Positions 48,627-61,963 are shown, counted from the first letter of the stretch. The stretch is 64,000 nucleotides of DNA from Oikopleura dioica (GCA_907165135.1 OU015567.1:2914001-2978000); one strand, 5' to 3'. Notes: generated by a model not told the origin, from the sequence alone. Numbers and translations: made by a program.

Positions 48627-51600
48627 CTAGAACAGAAGGGTTGGAATCGAGACGACGCCGAATAAAACAGTCAGGATAAATGTTCCTAAGAATGATGCTT
48701 CGTCCAGTTGATTCTTCAGATAACAAGTGATTTGCAAAGCGGTCAGGATTGAAAGCATAATAACTGAACATTTGAGAGTGATTTTTTGAGAGTTGATACC
48801 TGAAATCATGAGAACAATCGCAACTGTCTTCTTCTTCGCTTTGAAGACAAAGAACACTGATCCGGTTACTGCTGTCAAACAGAGGGCGCCATAAGAAGAG
48901 CTTAGAACAATCGCGAGAATCGAAACTTCGTCATCTTCTTCGTTGTTTTCAGGAGAGGATGTTGATGTTATCTCCGGAAGAATGGTCGTGTCTATTTCAG
49001 GCAGAGTAGTTTCGTCGATTATTTCTTGATCAGATGTCGTAGGCAGTAGCTCAATCGTTATTGGAATCGTTTCTGGCGATTCTGTCGTCGGGGCCTCAGT
49101 TAATGGCGAATCCGTCGGGAAAGACTCAGTTGTTGGAATTTGGCATGCATTGCAAGACTCCTCATCATCCTCAAACATGGTCAGATTAATAGAATCTTTG
49201 AAATGTTTTAGAATTTGCAGTTGTTCGGCTTCAGTTTTGGCAGATATCTCCAATTCAACAGTGAAGAAGAATGCATCACAGTCACTCTTATCTTTCTTGA
49301 ACGAGCAATCACAGTCGGTTTCACAGTGTGAGCAGAACTCGTCTTCTTCGTGATCTACGCAATCAAAGTATTCGAGATCTAAATGAATTTTAATATCAAC
49401 AAAATCATCTAAAAATTATACATTTTGAGAGTGGTCGAATATCCGGTAAAATTTCTTCTTGAACTTGAACTTCTTTTGTAATAGTAAGAACATCTTCTTT
49501 GTCCAATTCTTTAAATTCTTCCATATTGGCAAGTTCGTCAAGTGTCTCTCCTGATTTTTCAGGGGTCAAATTTTCAACGATACTTTCCTGGACAGAATCA
49601 AGTGCATCGTAAGTCTCAAAGAATACAGTCTGTCAGGGATTACAAATTTAATTGTTAATTATCATTTAATTCCTTAATTAAATTCATATGTTTTCAAATC
49701 CGTTCCAAAGAGTGCTCAAATATCTTTTCAAGCGGATGAGATTGTATAGTTGATTTTCTCAAGATTGACTTTTCCCTTTTCGATGATTTCGAATAGAGTA
49801 GACATCGATCAAAAATTGCAGCATCATAAAACATGCTCACACTTTGCTCTTGTCCCGGCGAATTCGATACTTTTATAACGGTCATCTCTTCATTATCGTC
49901 CAATGTCAGTTGCTCATGAAAAGTACCAAAAGAACTCAAGGAGTTTCCAACCATCGTCAAAATGTTGTTCTTCCAGAAACCTCGTCCCTGACGAAACTGG
50001 TTAAGCTCCACAGAACTTGTTAAAATTGGATTGCAATTTTTCTTGAAAACGTTGTTGCACCCTTTTAATGATTTATTGTGGTAAAAAAGAAGAAAAATAC
50101 CTTCAGGAAGAGTAAGTTTTAGAGAAGGATGAGCCTTATTTCCCTGATTTCCTCCAAGGATATATATTTTATTATTTATTTCAATGCTTAAATGATGCGA
50201 TAAAAACATTTTTAAGTCTGTTTGATCAATTACATCTTCAATTGATTCGCAACAAATTCTTAACTGTGAGCGTCAAGGACTTTTGAATTCCTGAGAACCT
50301 ATCCTATTTTCTTCCATTCAGAACCGTCGTAAGCTTCAAAAGCCTCAGCATTAGCCAGTCGTCGTCCGTGAGAGACCCAATCTTGTTCAGGGTAGGTCAC
50401 TTCCGTCCGGCCCCCGGAGATAAGAAGACCGAATTTGTTTGTTGATAGCAGCGATGGGTACTCAGTGTGTCCAATGTTCAATTTTGCATCTTATTTTTAT
50501 CGATAAAAACATTTAAAATATATACAAACTTGATTTGTCGAATTTCTTCCCAGAGAAGAAATAACATGTGTCTGGTGCAAAACCAACTCCACAAATCCAA
50601 ACTTTTCCTTGGAAAATTGCTGCAGCACCTCGCGCAAATCCTCTGTAGATTTTGTTTGTGTCATACTCTGGTAAACGGGTCTCACTGCGTTTGAATTCTC
50701 CGTCAGCAAGATAAACAACATTTTCTTCGAACTTTCTGTTTTCACCGAAAATCAAGTCTTCGCCACCAAAAAAATAATGCTTATTTCCGTAAAATGAATA
50801 CATGGAGCCACGTGTGAGGATACCAGTTGTGTTTATTTTGAATTCCCCTTCTTTTTCGATGAGTTGATGTTGAAGTAAATTTGTATTGATAAGAAGTGCT
50901 CTTGGCCAACCGACAGTTGGGAGACACACATTACTGCTACTGTCAATGGGCATGTCTCCCTCACATTCAATATGCTCCGGACAAATATCAGCAAAGAAAT
51001 CAGGCAGACACTCAAATGATTCAAGACAAGTTGGAAATTCCTTCTCCAACGTATCAAAAACTTCACGAATAACATCTTTTATCCGATCACAAAGAGCTTG
51101 GTTTGTAGGCTTGTCTGCGGGACATTTCTCCGCAAAATTCAATATGATATCACATGGAAATATCCCGTTATTTGCATCTTCGATGCCCATCATAAGATTC
51201 ATAAATGGTTCAAGAATTGGGATATGAGGCGGTACTGGCCAAATGTTAGGCAGTTGATTCGTCGGATCGTCCTCAAACTGGCCAGGAATTGCGATTATTT
51301 CGTGGGAATCCTTGCAGTTGTCTTTGACTTTGTCTTCAACTATGAGCGGATTCGTTATCGGTTCATCTGTCACACCTTCAGGCTTTTCGTCATCAGGCCA
51401 CGAAAAAGATCCAGAGCAATTGAACAGACCCTCGCAAGCTATGGCAGTGATTGCTTCGAGGTTGAGCTCGCAATCTTGTGCATTTTCGGTAGATCCACAT
51501 GGGTTTTCAAGATTTATCTTTAACAAAAAAATAATTGATTTTTTAAACTTATTACAATATATTTTACCGTTGCACTGAAACTGCTCAACGTCTGTCCAGT

Positions 51601-51757
51601 TCCAAGTCCTAAAAGCGCAAGCAAAATTTTTTTCATAATCGACTCTCTTCCTTGATTTCAACAGCTCTCTCTTATGAAAATTAATGATTTCACAACTATG
51701 ATACAAAAGCGGTTCGTCAGAAAGTTGACGTTTTGATGGACATTTGTCAAAACTCAT
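48627..51757 (-). CDS. Large Cys-rich/propeller-like membrane protein (family shared with 58179-61963)
   Basis: Cys-rich N-part; propeller-like strands KHYFFGG, KVWICG, LLISGG, IYILGG; acidic/Thr-rich stalk (TTESFPTDSPLTEAPTTE); two to three C-terminal hydrophobic segments. Confidence 0.6.
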
Positions 51758-52014
51758 GCCAATCTATTAGCTTAGAACTAAATAAACAGTTTTCGATAAA
51801 CGGCAACTGGAATTTTACCTGTTTGCACTCATTTCCGATGCGGATGAATCTGACGATAAATGCCGTATTTCGAGACCATTTGACTGAGTTAGGATTATTG
51901 ACGAATGTGAATTAGAATGCTTTTTTTTGAAAAAAATTCATTCGAGTTGCATAAAATATTAAGATCAAAATATTTACTGCGTGGTTTTATTTTTCACCAG
52001 AGGCATCTTTATTT

Positions 52015-52290
52015 TTAACGCCGGAACGCATAAAATTTTTTCAACATTGAACGCAGATCGTACCAATTAATTGGTATGCCCCTTTTACCCTTTTTTAGCA
52101 ATGAAACTGATTAGTCTACTGTATAAATGATAAAGATAAATAATTCTCAGACGCTAAGCTTCAATTTTATCCCCATTTTAAACCCATATCATTGCAAAAA
52201 TATGAGTAAATATGCAAATTTCCAAATGTGTCGGAATGACATTAGAGGGCATTGTACCAATTAATTGGTCGCTGTGCGTTTCGGCGTTAA
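52015..52290. mobile_element. MITE, copy 2 of the 12321-12600 family (inverted)
   Basis: TTAACGCCGGAACGCATAAAATTTTTTCAACATTGAACGCAGATCGTACCAATTAATTGG ... CCAATTAATTGGTCGCTGTGCGTTTCGGCGTTAA. Confidence 0.88.
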
Positions 52291-52681
52291 TTAAAAAAAT
52301 AGGGGTTAATTAAACAATTGTCAATTGCTTTGTTGTGGTTTTCTAATTGAGCGTGCTTGACTGGTGAAAGAATATTAATTGCGACAGGATGATGCGGCTG
52401 ATACTGTAGTGATATTATTTGGACAGCGATCAATACTGTCTAAGGAGACGGGTGGCTGTAAAATTGAGCCCCGGTGCCCATCTGCCTTCCACTTCTGATA
52501 AATAATTCACGAACTTACAAGTTTTTCACTTTCGGGAGCAATTTTCAGCCACCATCTCCCCTCTCCCCAATTGAATATTCTATCAAGGATCTACCCGCCT
52601 TTCAGCTACTGGAACTTTTGAGGTCGACAGCTCAAGAAAAAAAAAGAGAGAACTTGATAGAAGAAAAATACTCAAGGGGAA

Positions 52682-55003
52682 ATGAAAATCAGAGGACTTT
52701 TGCTGTTGACTTTGAAAGAAATTGTTTTTGGCGCTTTTGGAAAGGAAATTTAGCAAAAAATAAAAAAGCGAAAAATTAATTCTAACTTTTTTCTTCAAAA
52801 ATTTTCGAAACAAACAATCACTAAATTTCCCGCTAAAGAGTTGCCCAGATCACTGCCTCTGCGACCGTGGCGGCTACATCAACTGCTTCAATTCGAACAT
52901 GACCCTTTTTCCCGAATCATTTCCCAACTCGACAACAGTTTTAAAAATGGACAGAAATCGGATTCGTTCCGTCGATCTCCACACCCTCCTTCCTCATCGA
53001 GCCAATATCACCTCAATCTTCATCAGCAAAAATGAGCTCATCTCTTTTCGATGCTCAAATCAAGGATACATCTTCAAGTTTTTGACGGAGCTGGATTTGA
53101 GTTACAATTATTTGAATTTTTTTGGCTGGGACTGCTTGAATGAGGGAAGGGTTAAGTTATCATCAGGATAAAGAGACATGTATCTCTTAGTAAAATATTC
53201 ACAAAAAGTCATTTGTCAACTAGTAGACAAGTGTAAAATCATTCTCCATTATTGAACCCGTCCAAGCTGCCAGGATTGGAGTATCTCCGCCTGAATGGAA
53301 ATCGGCTCATGTCACTTGGTGGAATCACTCAAGCAATCGATTCGTACAGGACCCGCTCAGAAAGATAATCCTACTACAAGAATATTTAATCCATCCAATT
53401 CAGTAATTATCAGCATCGTTCAGTTTTCAGAGCGCGTTTAACAGGCCTTCATCTCTAATCCGCCTTCATCTCGAAAATAATCCATATTCTTGCTCGTGCG
53501 ACATCGAGAGCTTTGTCACGTGGTCTGACGCGCTAGAAAAGCGAAATCCAGGTGTCATCGCGAAATTCGACCAGCTCAAGTGCGAGTCGATCAATCCAGA
53601 AGTCACCAAACAAATCGGATTCCGCGATTTTGCTTCTGAAACTTGCGAAGATCTTCCACTTGTTATGGAAATGGTGAATTTGAACACGGGAGAGATTATC
53701 CAAAAAGATATTTCCAAAGACTTTGTCCTTGAAGATCTATCAATCCAGTTTTATGTCCGATGCTATCACAATTCTAGCGACGAAGGGATGAAAACCAGGC
53801 TGTTTTCTCGAGGCGAGTGGCAAGAAGATAATAAAATCGTTGTTCAGCGGCTTTATCAGGAGCTTCTAGTCACGTGTATAACCTCCAAGGTAAGATAAAG
53901 GGTTGAAAACACGGGTTAATTGATTGAGCAATTAAAAATTCACAGCCACTTACTCTCGATCCTCGTTGCTCCTTGAATATTAAAATATTCGAGCTAGGGT
54001 TTGAATTCCGTCGTCAAAAGTCGCACGATTTTCAAGCAGTCTCGTGGCGTCATTCACCAGCCAAACTGGGAAGGAATGAATGATACTGAAGGCTGTGACT
54101 GGATAATTAACATGGCTGAGAAATCAACAATGACCTGGAAGGCTCACAGGTCAAAGAAGTATATTTTCATGCAGGAAGGATGCCAAGTTGAGGTCAAACA
54201 AGACTCAGCTAAACAGATGACTTTTATGGAATTGAATATTGGCGAACATCCAGCAAGAGTAAGTAAACCTTCTATACAGATTTTTTTCTCTCAATGACAA
54301 TGTTCATTTTTAATTGTAGTTGATAACCATGCGGTATTGTCTGGCAGACAGGCTCTTAAAAACAAAACGTCTGAGAAGCAACAAATCAGCTCACAAAGAA
54401 ACAGTCGGATTTCGCTTTAGCCCACTTCCGAATCAACTGTCATCAGGGGGGCATATCTTGGCACACTTTTTAGTTTTTCAACAGTTTCAGTGAAATCCAT
54501 TTTTCTCGCGAAATTTCGATTCGAATGATATATTTATGTCTTACCTTCTGCTGCATTCAGTTGTTTTGTCCGCACTTTGATGAAAATGATGAGAGAACTT
54601 CCGCTCTGATATAACCCGCTTACACCTGGGACCCAGCTAATTTGCTAATCCTCGTATCCTACCGCGCTTCCTACCGCGTTACTTGCGAGTGCCTCAGCTG
54701 TTCGCCCCTCGAACCTCTCGCGCGCCCTTTTGGAACTCGCTCTGGGCTTGGCCTGGAAAACGTCTCTGATCCCACGCTGGGCACCAAGACTATCTGGTGA
54801 TGATTTTCAGCATCGTTGTTGTTGGCGCTGCTGGATTTGGAATGCTCTCCGCTGTTGGACATTTCATTCTTTCTGTTCGAAAAAAGCCCAGAAGAAGATC
54901 AACAAAGTCGAATGATCCAAGCGATCAAAAGGGCAAAGAAACTCTTATCTTAGCCGCTGAAACTGACGGAAGTCATTTTGCGACCTTTTTGTTCAAAGAA
55001 TGA
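52682..55003 (+). CDS. Type I membrane LRR protein (LRR-NT, LRRs, LRR-CT, CUB-like segment, TM)
   Basis: Signal MKIRGLLLLTLKEIVFG; SCPDHCLC..INC; LTELDLSYNYL, LEYLRLNGNRL; NNPYSCSCDI; GCDWII; TM IFSIVVVGAAGFGMLSAVGHFILSV then RKKPRRR. Confidence 0.8.
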
Positions 55004-55061
55004 AAAAGTCAGATTGTATACGAATAACTGTGTATATTGAACTTGTAAATAAAAAAAAAAG

Positions 55062-56610
55062 TTAAATTGTCGACTCGACGGACGGAGTTCTTCTTGCTGA
55101 TTTTCTCCCACGCGATACGCGAAAACTCGATTCGTTGCTTCCCGTGAAGCTTCTCAAGAAACTAGAATCGGGGTAAAACAGGGTTTTGAAAAATCATTGG
55201 TACCTCATTTGAGTAATCGAATCTTGCTTTGGAAGCCTTCTTGTTGTCTGCGACCTCAAATTGGCGAATTTCATCTAGAAAGTTTGATCTATGAACTGAA
55301 AAAGTGACACCTTAAATTTTCGTCGAAAATTTTTGCCAACGAATGAGAAAAGAATCGGGTTGAGAATTGGTCCAGTGTATATAAGAATATCATCCGCTTT
55401 CTCGAAGAAATAACAGTCCCTGTGAGAAAGATGAATATTCAAAACTCGGAATAATTTGAAGAGAACAAAGCACATCCAGCTGATGAGATTTCCGCAGAAA
55501 CTAGCGATGATCGTAACGAGTAGGTATTTATTCTTCGAGCCTTGTCGATTCGAGCCTTAAAAAGGTGTGGGTTTGCTTTGTGGAAAAAATTTTTGACGAA
55601 CCCGAGAGGCGTGAAATTCGTTCTCTGGTGAGTTTGACTTCTTTCAAAATTTTCACATAAGAATATCCGGAGATGAATAAGGGGATACAAAACCCAAGAA
55701 GAAGAAAAACAATGTCATAGAATTTCTGATTCCGGTATTGTTTGATAGCGCATTTGTTCAAATTCCGACAATCTTCTTTTTCAAGGCTTGAAAGTTGAAA
55801 TCAACAAGGAGAAACTCAAGTTTTCAAGCGTATTTCCTGTGTCTTCTCCCTCCAGCAAAACTAAGCATTGATCTTTGTCTAAATGATGCCAATTGAGCAT
55901 ACATTCCGACTGATTAAACGCATTCAAGCTATATTCCGCCGCTTGAAAAGTCGGGATTGTGATGAAAAACGCACTGAGCCAGACCAAAATCGTCAAATAT
56001 ATAAACCGCTTGTGGTCGAAGTCAATTAGGGAGATTGCCCCGTCTTTGCCAGAAATTGCGTAGTAACGATCGAACGAAATCGCGGCGATGGAAAAGATCG
56101 AGACTGTTAGAAACAGCTGGTTGGAGCCTTGGTAGTATTTACAAGTGAAGGAGGAACCAGGGCGCCAATTTCGATTGAATTCTTTGTACAAGCCGAGGAT
56201 GGAATGGACGAGGACGAGGAGGTCAGATATACAAAGATTAATGATAAGCCAGTTTGAAGCTGGATTTCTTCTACTTCGAGGTTGAAAAAAACAATGGTTA
56301 GATTTCAGGAAAAATGAGAGTCAACCAGTCCTAAGAGACGAAATAGATACATAAATAATCAAAAGATTTGCAGGTACTCCCAAGCTGATATACGTGATAA
56401 TCGCTAGAATTGATTTTTATTGGAGAAAAGCGGAGTTTTTAGTTACCGATTTCTTTGAAAATAGAGGCAGAATGTTGGTCTTGAATCAAATGATCATCTG
56501 ATGTTGTATCAAGTTCGTAGAGCTCGTTAAAATCGTAAAAGTCGAGCGAACTTGAGCTACTTGAGCTCAAATCATTTTCAACAAATTGGCCGAAATGATC
56601 ATTACAGGCG
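55062..56610 (-). CDS. Class A (rhodopsin-like) GPCR, peptide-receptor-like
   Basis: TM3 SIFSIAAISFDRYYAI, TM4 LVWLSAFFITIP, ECL2 Cys, TM5 LLGFCIPLFISGYSYVKI, TM7 ILNPILFSFVGKNFRRKF. Start uncertain. Confidence 0.88.
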
Positions 56611-57275
56611 CTGAAAAGAATTTTTACGGAGTCGAATCACTGCACTTGAACTGACCATAAGTCGGATCTGAACATACTCAGCTCTTCTTCCCATCTGGAC
56701 GGTAATCTCTATACGTTTTCGTCATATGAGTTTTCGATTAAAAAAATGTAATAAAAAGAGCGAAAGAAATAAAATCGTAGCACTTCAGACTTTGAGTAGT
56801 GCCGTGTCCAAGTGTGCGTCAAATGTGTTAATTTATTGTTTGTTCTGATGTCTTTATAGGCGACGAAAAAACTCCCTGAATGAAAACTACGCTCCTGAGA
56901 AGAAGAATCGTGTCCCGCTGCGAGCACACGAAATATCGAAGAGAGGCCTTACAGCAAATTATTTATCTACTGCTCGTTTTTCACCAAAAAATCTAATACG
57001 GTTTTCTTCGTCTCTTGGGTTTGATAACTGTTGTAGTGAACTGTTGCTTTTTTGCGTCGAAGGAGTAATTTTAATTCAATTAAAGGGTATATATTCGTTG
57101 GTTAACCACTGCGGGCGACCTTTTCCAACAGACAGGGATGCAAATGCTCTAAATGTATGTAAACATCATCAAATCTACGGAACATCGGATGGCAAATTCT
57201 TCTTGCTGATAATGACATAAGAACAGTTAGGTTTGAACGGTCTTAACGCATGAACGCACAAAATATTTTTCCTGC

Positions 57276-57842
57276 TGAACGCATATTGCGCAGATTTCTG
57301 CGCAGTACCTTCAGAGCGCTCTAGCGACGACTGTGGTCGAGATTTGAAAAAATCAAAGCTACCAGAATGAAGCTCAGACGCTTGCCAACAAGCTTATAAT
57401 AGTTTAAAATCCTAACACTAACCCGAACCTTGCTAAAAATAATGATTTCTCAAGTAACTCGATAATGAACCAGTTTTTTTCAATTTTCTTCGATTTCATT
57501 GATCGCAAATACAAATGTGCAAAATATATACTTATGATAAAATTTATATTTAATTTGATGCAAGAATGCGATTAAACGTGGAAAAAAATAATTTTCATCG
57601 AGGGAAAAATTAATTTAGAGCTGTTGAAAAGCTAAAAAATCATGATTCGAAAAAGTCGGAAATTTTCGTTCTGAAGCCAAATTTTTATGCTGAAGTCAAA
57701 ATTTTTTTTCGATGCCAGATTCGGATTCCTCATCGAAAAAGAGCTCCTAAAGTGGGGGTCCATTAAAAATTTTGGTCAACTAAAGTAAGAGATATCGAGC
57801 TTTAAAGGGGCTCTGCGCAGAAATCTGCGCAATATGCGTTCA
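57276..57842. mobile_element. MITE-like element with 30-bp perfect inverted repeats
   Basis: TGAACGCATATTGCGCAGATTTCTGCGCAG (57276-57305) vs CTGCGCAGAAATCTGCGCAATATGCGTTCA (57813-57842); no TSD found. Confidence 0.6.
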
Positions 57843-58178
57843 AGCGTTAAAGAGCATTCAAATCTCAAGGTTGTCAAAATCCTTTCTTTGGCCTTTCTTA
57901 AAGTAGGTTTCATGGTTCAAATCGTCTCTCGCCATTTTAAAACTTGGTTATGAGAAATATGAGTGCGGAAGAGAAAGTAAAGGTTTGAAAAAGACATTGA
58001 AGACACCAATTGTTGACATTTTAGTGCATGGGATGCCATTGCACCGGAGTTCTGAGGCAGCATAATGGTAACACTATTCTTTTCCCAAAGAGAGGAAAAA
58101 TTCTTTACCAATTTGATGCAGTTGGCAAATACGACCTCAAACCACAGTAAAAGTTTTGTTTTCTTTCTGATTGTTTGA

Positions 58179-61100
58179 TTGAATTCTAGTGGTTTTGAAA
58201 CGCTGAGGCAAAGGTACACATATCTTGTGCTTGGTTTTATCTTTTGGCAGTCGATTATTCTCGCGACTAATTTCGCTGGACTCGAAAAACTCGGACCAAA
58301 GTACACTTTCAAAACCCTCAGTTGTGGTAGAAACTACAAGCAGTGCATGATGGAGTTTTCTTATAACGAGTGCTACCCTAGGTTCAAAAGTTGTATGCAA
58401 GAATTTGGCGATTTCGTGTTTCCAACTGGCAATCTGACTATTATCAGTGAAAGAAAAGACAAAAAAATTAAGCATTTCACCGAGAAAGAACATAAAATCA
58501 ATCTGAAACGCTGTAAAAGACTTAATTTTTATGGTAAAAATAACAAAGAGGGGACACTCGGAAATTTTCTTATTGTTTAGAAATGAAGATCTGCTCTGGT
58601 CTCTGCTCAAAAATTGACGAAAATGATCATGCTAAATGCCAGGAGCTTTGCAGATCGCTGATGAGTGACACTGGTAGAATCGATAAAATTTGTCCTTTTG
58701 AGAAAAATTGTCCCGCAGGATGCCCTTGTCCATTTTACGAATGTGAATATATCGATAACAGAAAGGTCAATTTCGCATGGTACTATAACGCCACTGACCC
58801 ATTGTTTCAACTCAAAAATAATACGAGAACAAGAAGTGTGGGAGACAAATTCAAGGATCTGCTGAAAACTTCCTTTGATCCTTTCGAAGAAGACATTCAA
58901 CACCTGTCTCGTCTTGTCTCCTTCAGTTTATTCTCCATGCGAAGAAAACAAATTTTCGAGAGAGTCATCTATCAAGAAGAATCATATATAGAACCGGATT
59001 TCAGATCCCTTGTTATCCCTCCAGTTAATATCACGCCCATCATCGCCTGTATATTTTAAATTTCTTTAAGATCCAAATTCTAACATTTGTTAAGCAAAAC
59101 AACTCGTTGCGGAAATTGAAGTAGGGCGGCCAATATCTTCTAAATTCGGGGAAAATTCCAAGGAAGAAACCTTCAGGAACTTCTTCGGCTTTTTCAAAAC
59201 ATTGTTTCATCGAGGAAATCATTATCTATTCAATGCGCGTCTTTGTTCCTACGTTTTGGAATCTGGCACTTCTGAGTTTCAGAATTTAGGAATCGTGATT
59301 TAACATTACCTGCGGCATTTGGGTAGTAGGGGGTTATCATTTGAACTGATCCTAGCCCTAGACCTAACCCCCCTTAAGGGACCCCGCCGACCGAGCTCCG
59401 CGCGCGCTTCTAGCTCTTTTTCACTCTCACTCTTCAGCTGGTTTAATTTTTTCGATCATCGTTATTTTTTGTACACTAACTAAACTTTTTATGCTCTTTC
59501 ATCTACATTGCTTAAAATTTTCACAGCTAATCGTTACGCTGAGTTAGGGCGAAAACATTGGCGCTCTCTTTCAAGTGTACATAAGTCCTCGAAATATTCG
59601 GATTGACACTTCGAGAGTGCCCTCATTGAAAAGCCCGTGTTTTCTTGCATAAGGCTTACTTATTGAGATTTAATAAAAATTTAAGCAGCTCTCGTAATCG
59701 AGCGGTTAATAAAGGTTCTTCCGACGAGCGCAGCGGGAATCCCGCGCCAACAGTGTAAAATGGCCGTGTTTCACGCCGAGCGCTCCAGGTAACCCGCATT
59801 AATCCCACGATAATCAGGTAAGTAAACGCTTCCAGGAAATCTCAATAAGTAAGCTTTATGCAAGAAGGCACGGGCTTTTCAATGAGAGCAGTCTCGAAGT
59901 GTCAATCCCATTATTTCGAGTACTTATGTACACTTGAAAGAGAGCGCCAATGTTTGAGCCCTAACCCAGCGTAACGATTAGCTATGAAAATTTTAAGAAA
60001 CGTGGATGAAAGAGCATAAAAAGTTTAGTTAGTGTACAAAAAATAACGATAATCGAAAAATTAAACCAGCTGAAGAGTGAGAGTGAAAAAGAGCTAGAAG
60101 CGCGCGCGGAGCTCGGTCGGCGGGGTACGGGTATCGATTTTCTAAAGGTGTTTATATTGCCTGTACGACATTTATTATGTCGTCTATTGAATTCTACGCA
60201 AAATTCTGAGCATTTTCGTTGTTTAATGTAAGCTGCTATCACTTGTCGTTTTCGAGATATGAGCGCTAGAAATCTGGTCGATAAAAATTTTTTGGCTTCA
60301 ATTTTTATCAATGAGGCCTTTTTTGAAAGCTCAGAGCACGAGAAACATCATGGTGTTCTTGGTTTTGCTTTAGACAGGATATTTTGGATTCTAGAGCCAA
60401 GACATGAATCTTATTTTCAAAAAATGCAAAAATCGCCGAGATCAATTTTTCAAAAAATTATTTTCGATGTAAAAGTTTATTCACTGTTAATAAGCTTCTG
60501 ACAAAATTAAGATCAAGGTCCGAACTTTCATATAAAAATATGAAATATGCATGTTTACAGGCTACATTTCTCGGAATACGGCCAGTTTTAGGGCGAATTT
60601 CGACCTAGATCAAAACTTTGAGGCGAAATTTTGTTAAAAAACCTAAGAGGAAAAAAATTTCCTTCTGACAAAATTAAGATCTAAGATAGTTCTTTATTTA
60701 GAAATGATTAGAAACCTTCCACCATTTACAGGTTTTCAGGAATACGGCCTCAAACGTAGCCTGATCGATACCCGTAGCCTTAAGAATTCCAAGTCCCTTA
60801 CCCTAACCATAAGCCCTAATTCTAGAGATATTGGATCGCTCGAATCATAGGCTCGTCGAGGTAAGGCGAATCTTTGTCCAAAAATCCTAAGGTAAAGTTA
60901 GGATAGGCTAATTCGCCTTAGTCGAATTTAGGCGAAAAGGCGAGAGAGACCCCTCTCTACGGACATTTGAAGTGGATATACTTTAGGTACTAATTTGGTA
61001 TCTTAGAATTTATTTACTGCCTCTCGAAATCACTCATAATAGATGTAGAATGTGACCTGTTTGCTCGCCAAGTTGGAACATTTGGACTATTTTCTTGGAC

Positions 61101-61963
61101 AAAAAGTATGACTCCAAGTGTTGCTGCTGTTTTTAACGATAAATTCTGGTTCTGGTAAGGAAAATTTATAAGATACTTAATCAAAGGCGATTCTTAGTGG
61201 ATCGATGCTTTATCCTGACAAGTGTTACTTCATCAACCCAGACCAAAAGGGGGCTAAAACTGTTATTGAGGCCAAGGGCCGCATTCTTACTCGCTCAATA
61301 TCTCCGCTTTCTTCTAATTATGGCCGACATTCGTTTGTATCCAATAACAAGCTGAATATTTTACAGCCTAATCCTCAAATTAGGACTGTCGATTTAAGCA
61401 CAATGAATGAAGATCCAGATGATGACTGGGACTCATGGAGATATGAGGATCCTCTGTGGGAGTACGAGTTTAGAAATGAGTCTTTCGTGAAAGAATATTT
61501 CTCAACAGGCATGTTCTCTATGGAGAGTCTGCTCCCTTACGATACTTTTATGAATGATTTTTATCCAATTCCAGACCGAAAAGGAGTTCTCTTTGTTGCA
61601 GTCTTTCGATACCGAGAATTCGACGAAAAACCGTTTAAACCAGCAGGATGCAAACAGTGTCCGATTGTTCCGCGAAAAAATTGGACAAAAGCCGAGTATT
61701 TTATCATCCTCTATCGATACGTTTTCGGTCGTTTTATTCGGCTTTCGAGAATGGAAACCAATTTTCGTTATGAAAGCAAATTACGAGGATTTGATTTGAA
61801 AACGCCGATTTTCAAAGATGTTTCGGCGCTGGAATCTGATGGTGACATCATTCTTCTTTCCAATTCTGAGTCAGAATACTTCAAGCTTATTTTCGACGAA
61901 GAAACGAAAGAAACTGAACTGGAAGGATTCGAAATACCTGGAATAAAACTTATTGCTGCTTAA
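58179..61963 (+). CDS. Cys-rich/propeller-like family protein, probably one gene spanning a repeat-filled intron (~59310-61030)
   Basis: N-terminal hydrophobic segment; CQELC..CPFEKNCPAGCPCPFYEC; after the intron VAAVFNDKFWFC-GSMLYPDKCYF and a 252-aa last exon. Joining across the intron is inferred. Confidence 0.55.
59378..60126. mobile_element. Foldback element with ~290-bp inverted arms
   Basis: ACCCCGCCGACCGAGCTCCGCGCGCGCTTCTAGCTCTTTTTCACTCTCAC..(59381) continues as an inverted match to ~59838-60126; left end preceded by TTAA|GGG. Confidence 0.9.
60495..60750. repeat. Degenerate direct repeat, 167-bp spacing
   Basis: CTTCTGACAAAATTAAGATC at 60495 and 60662, each followed ~60 nt later by TTTACAGG..GGAATACGGCC. 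Confidence 0.5.
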
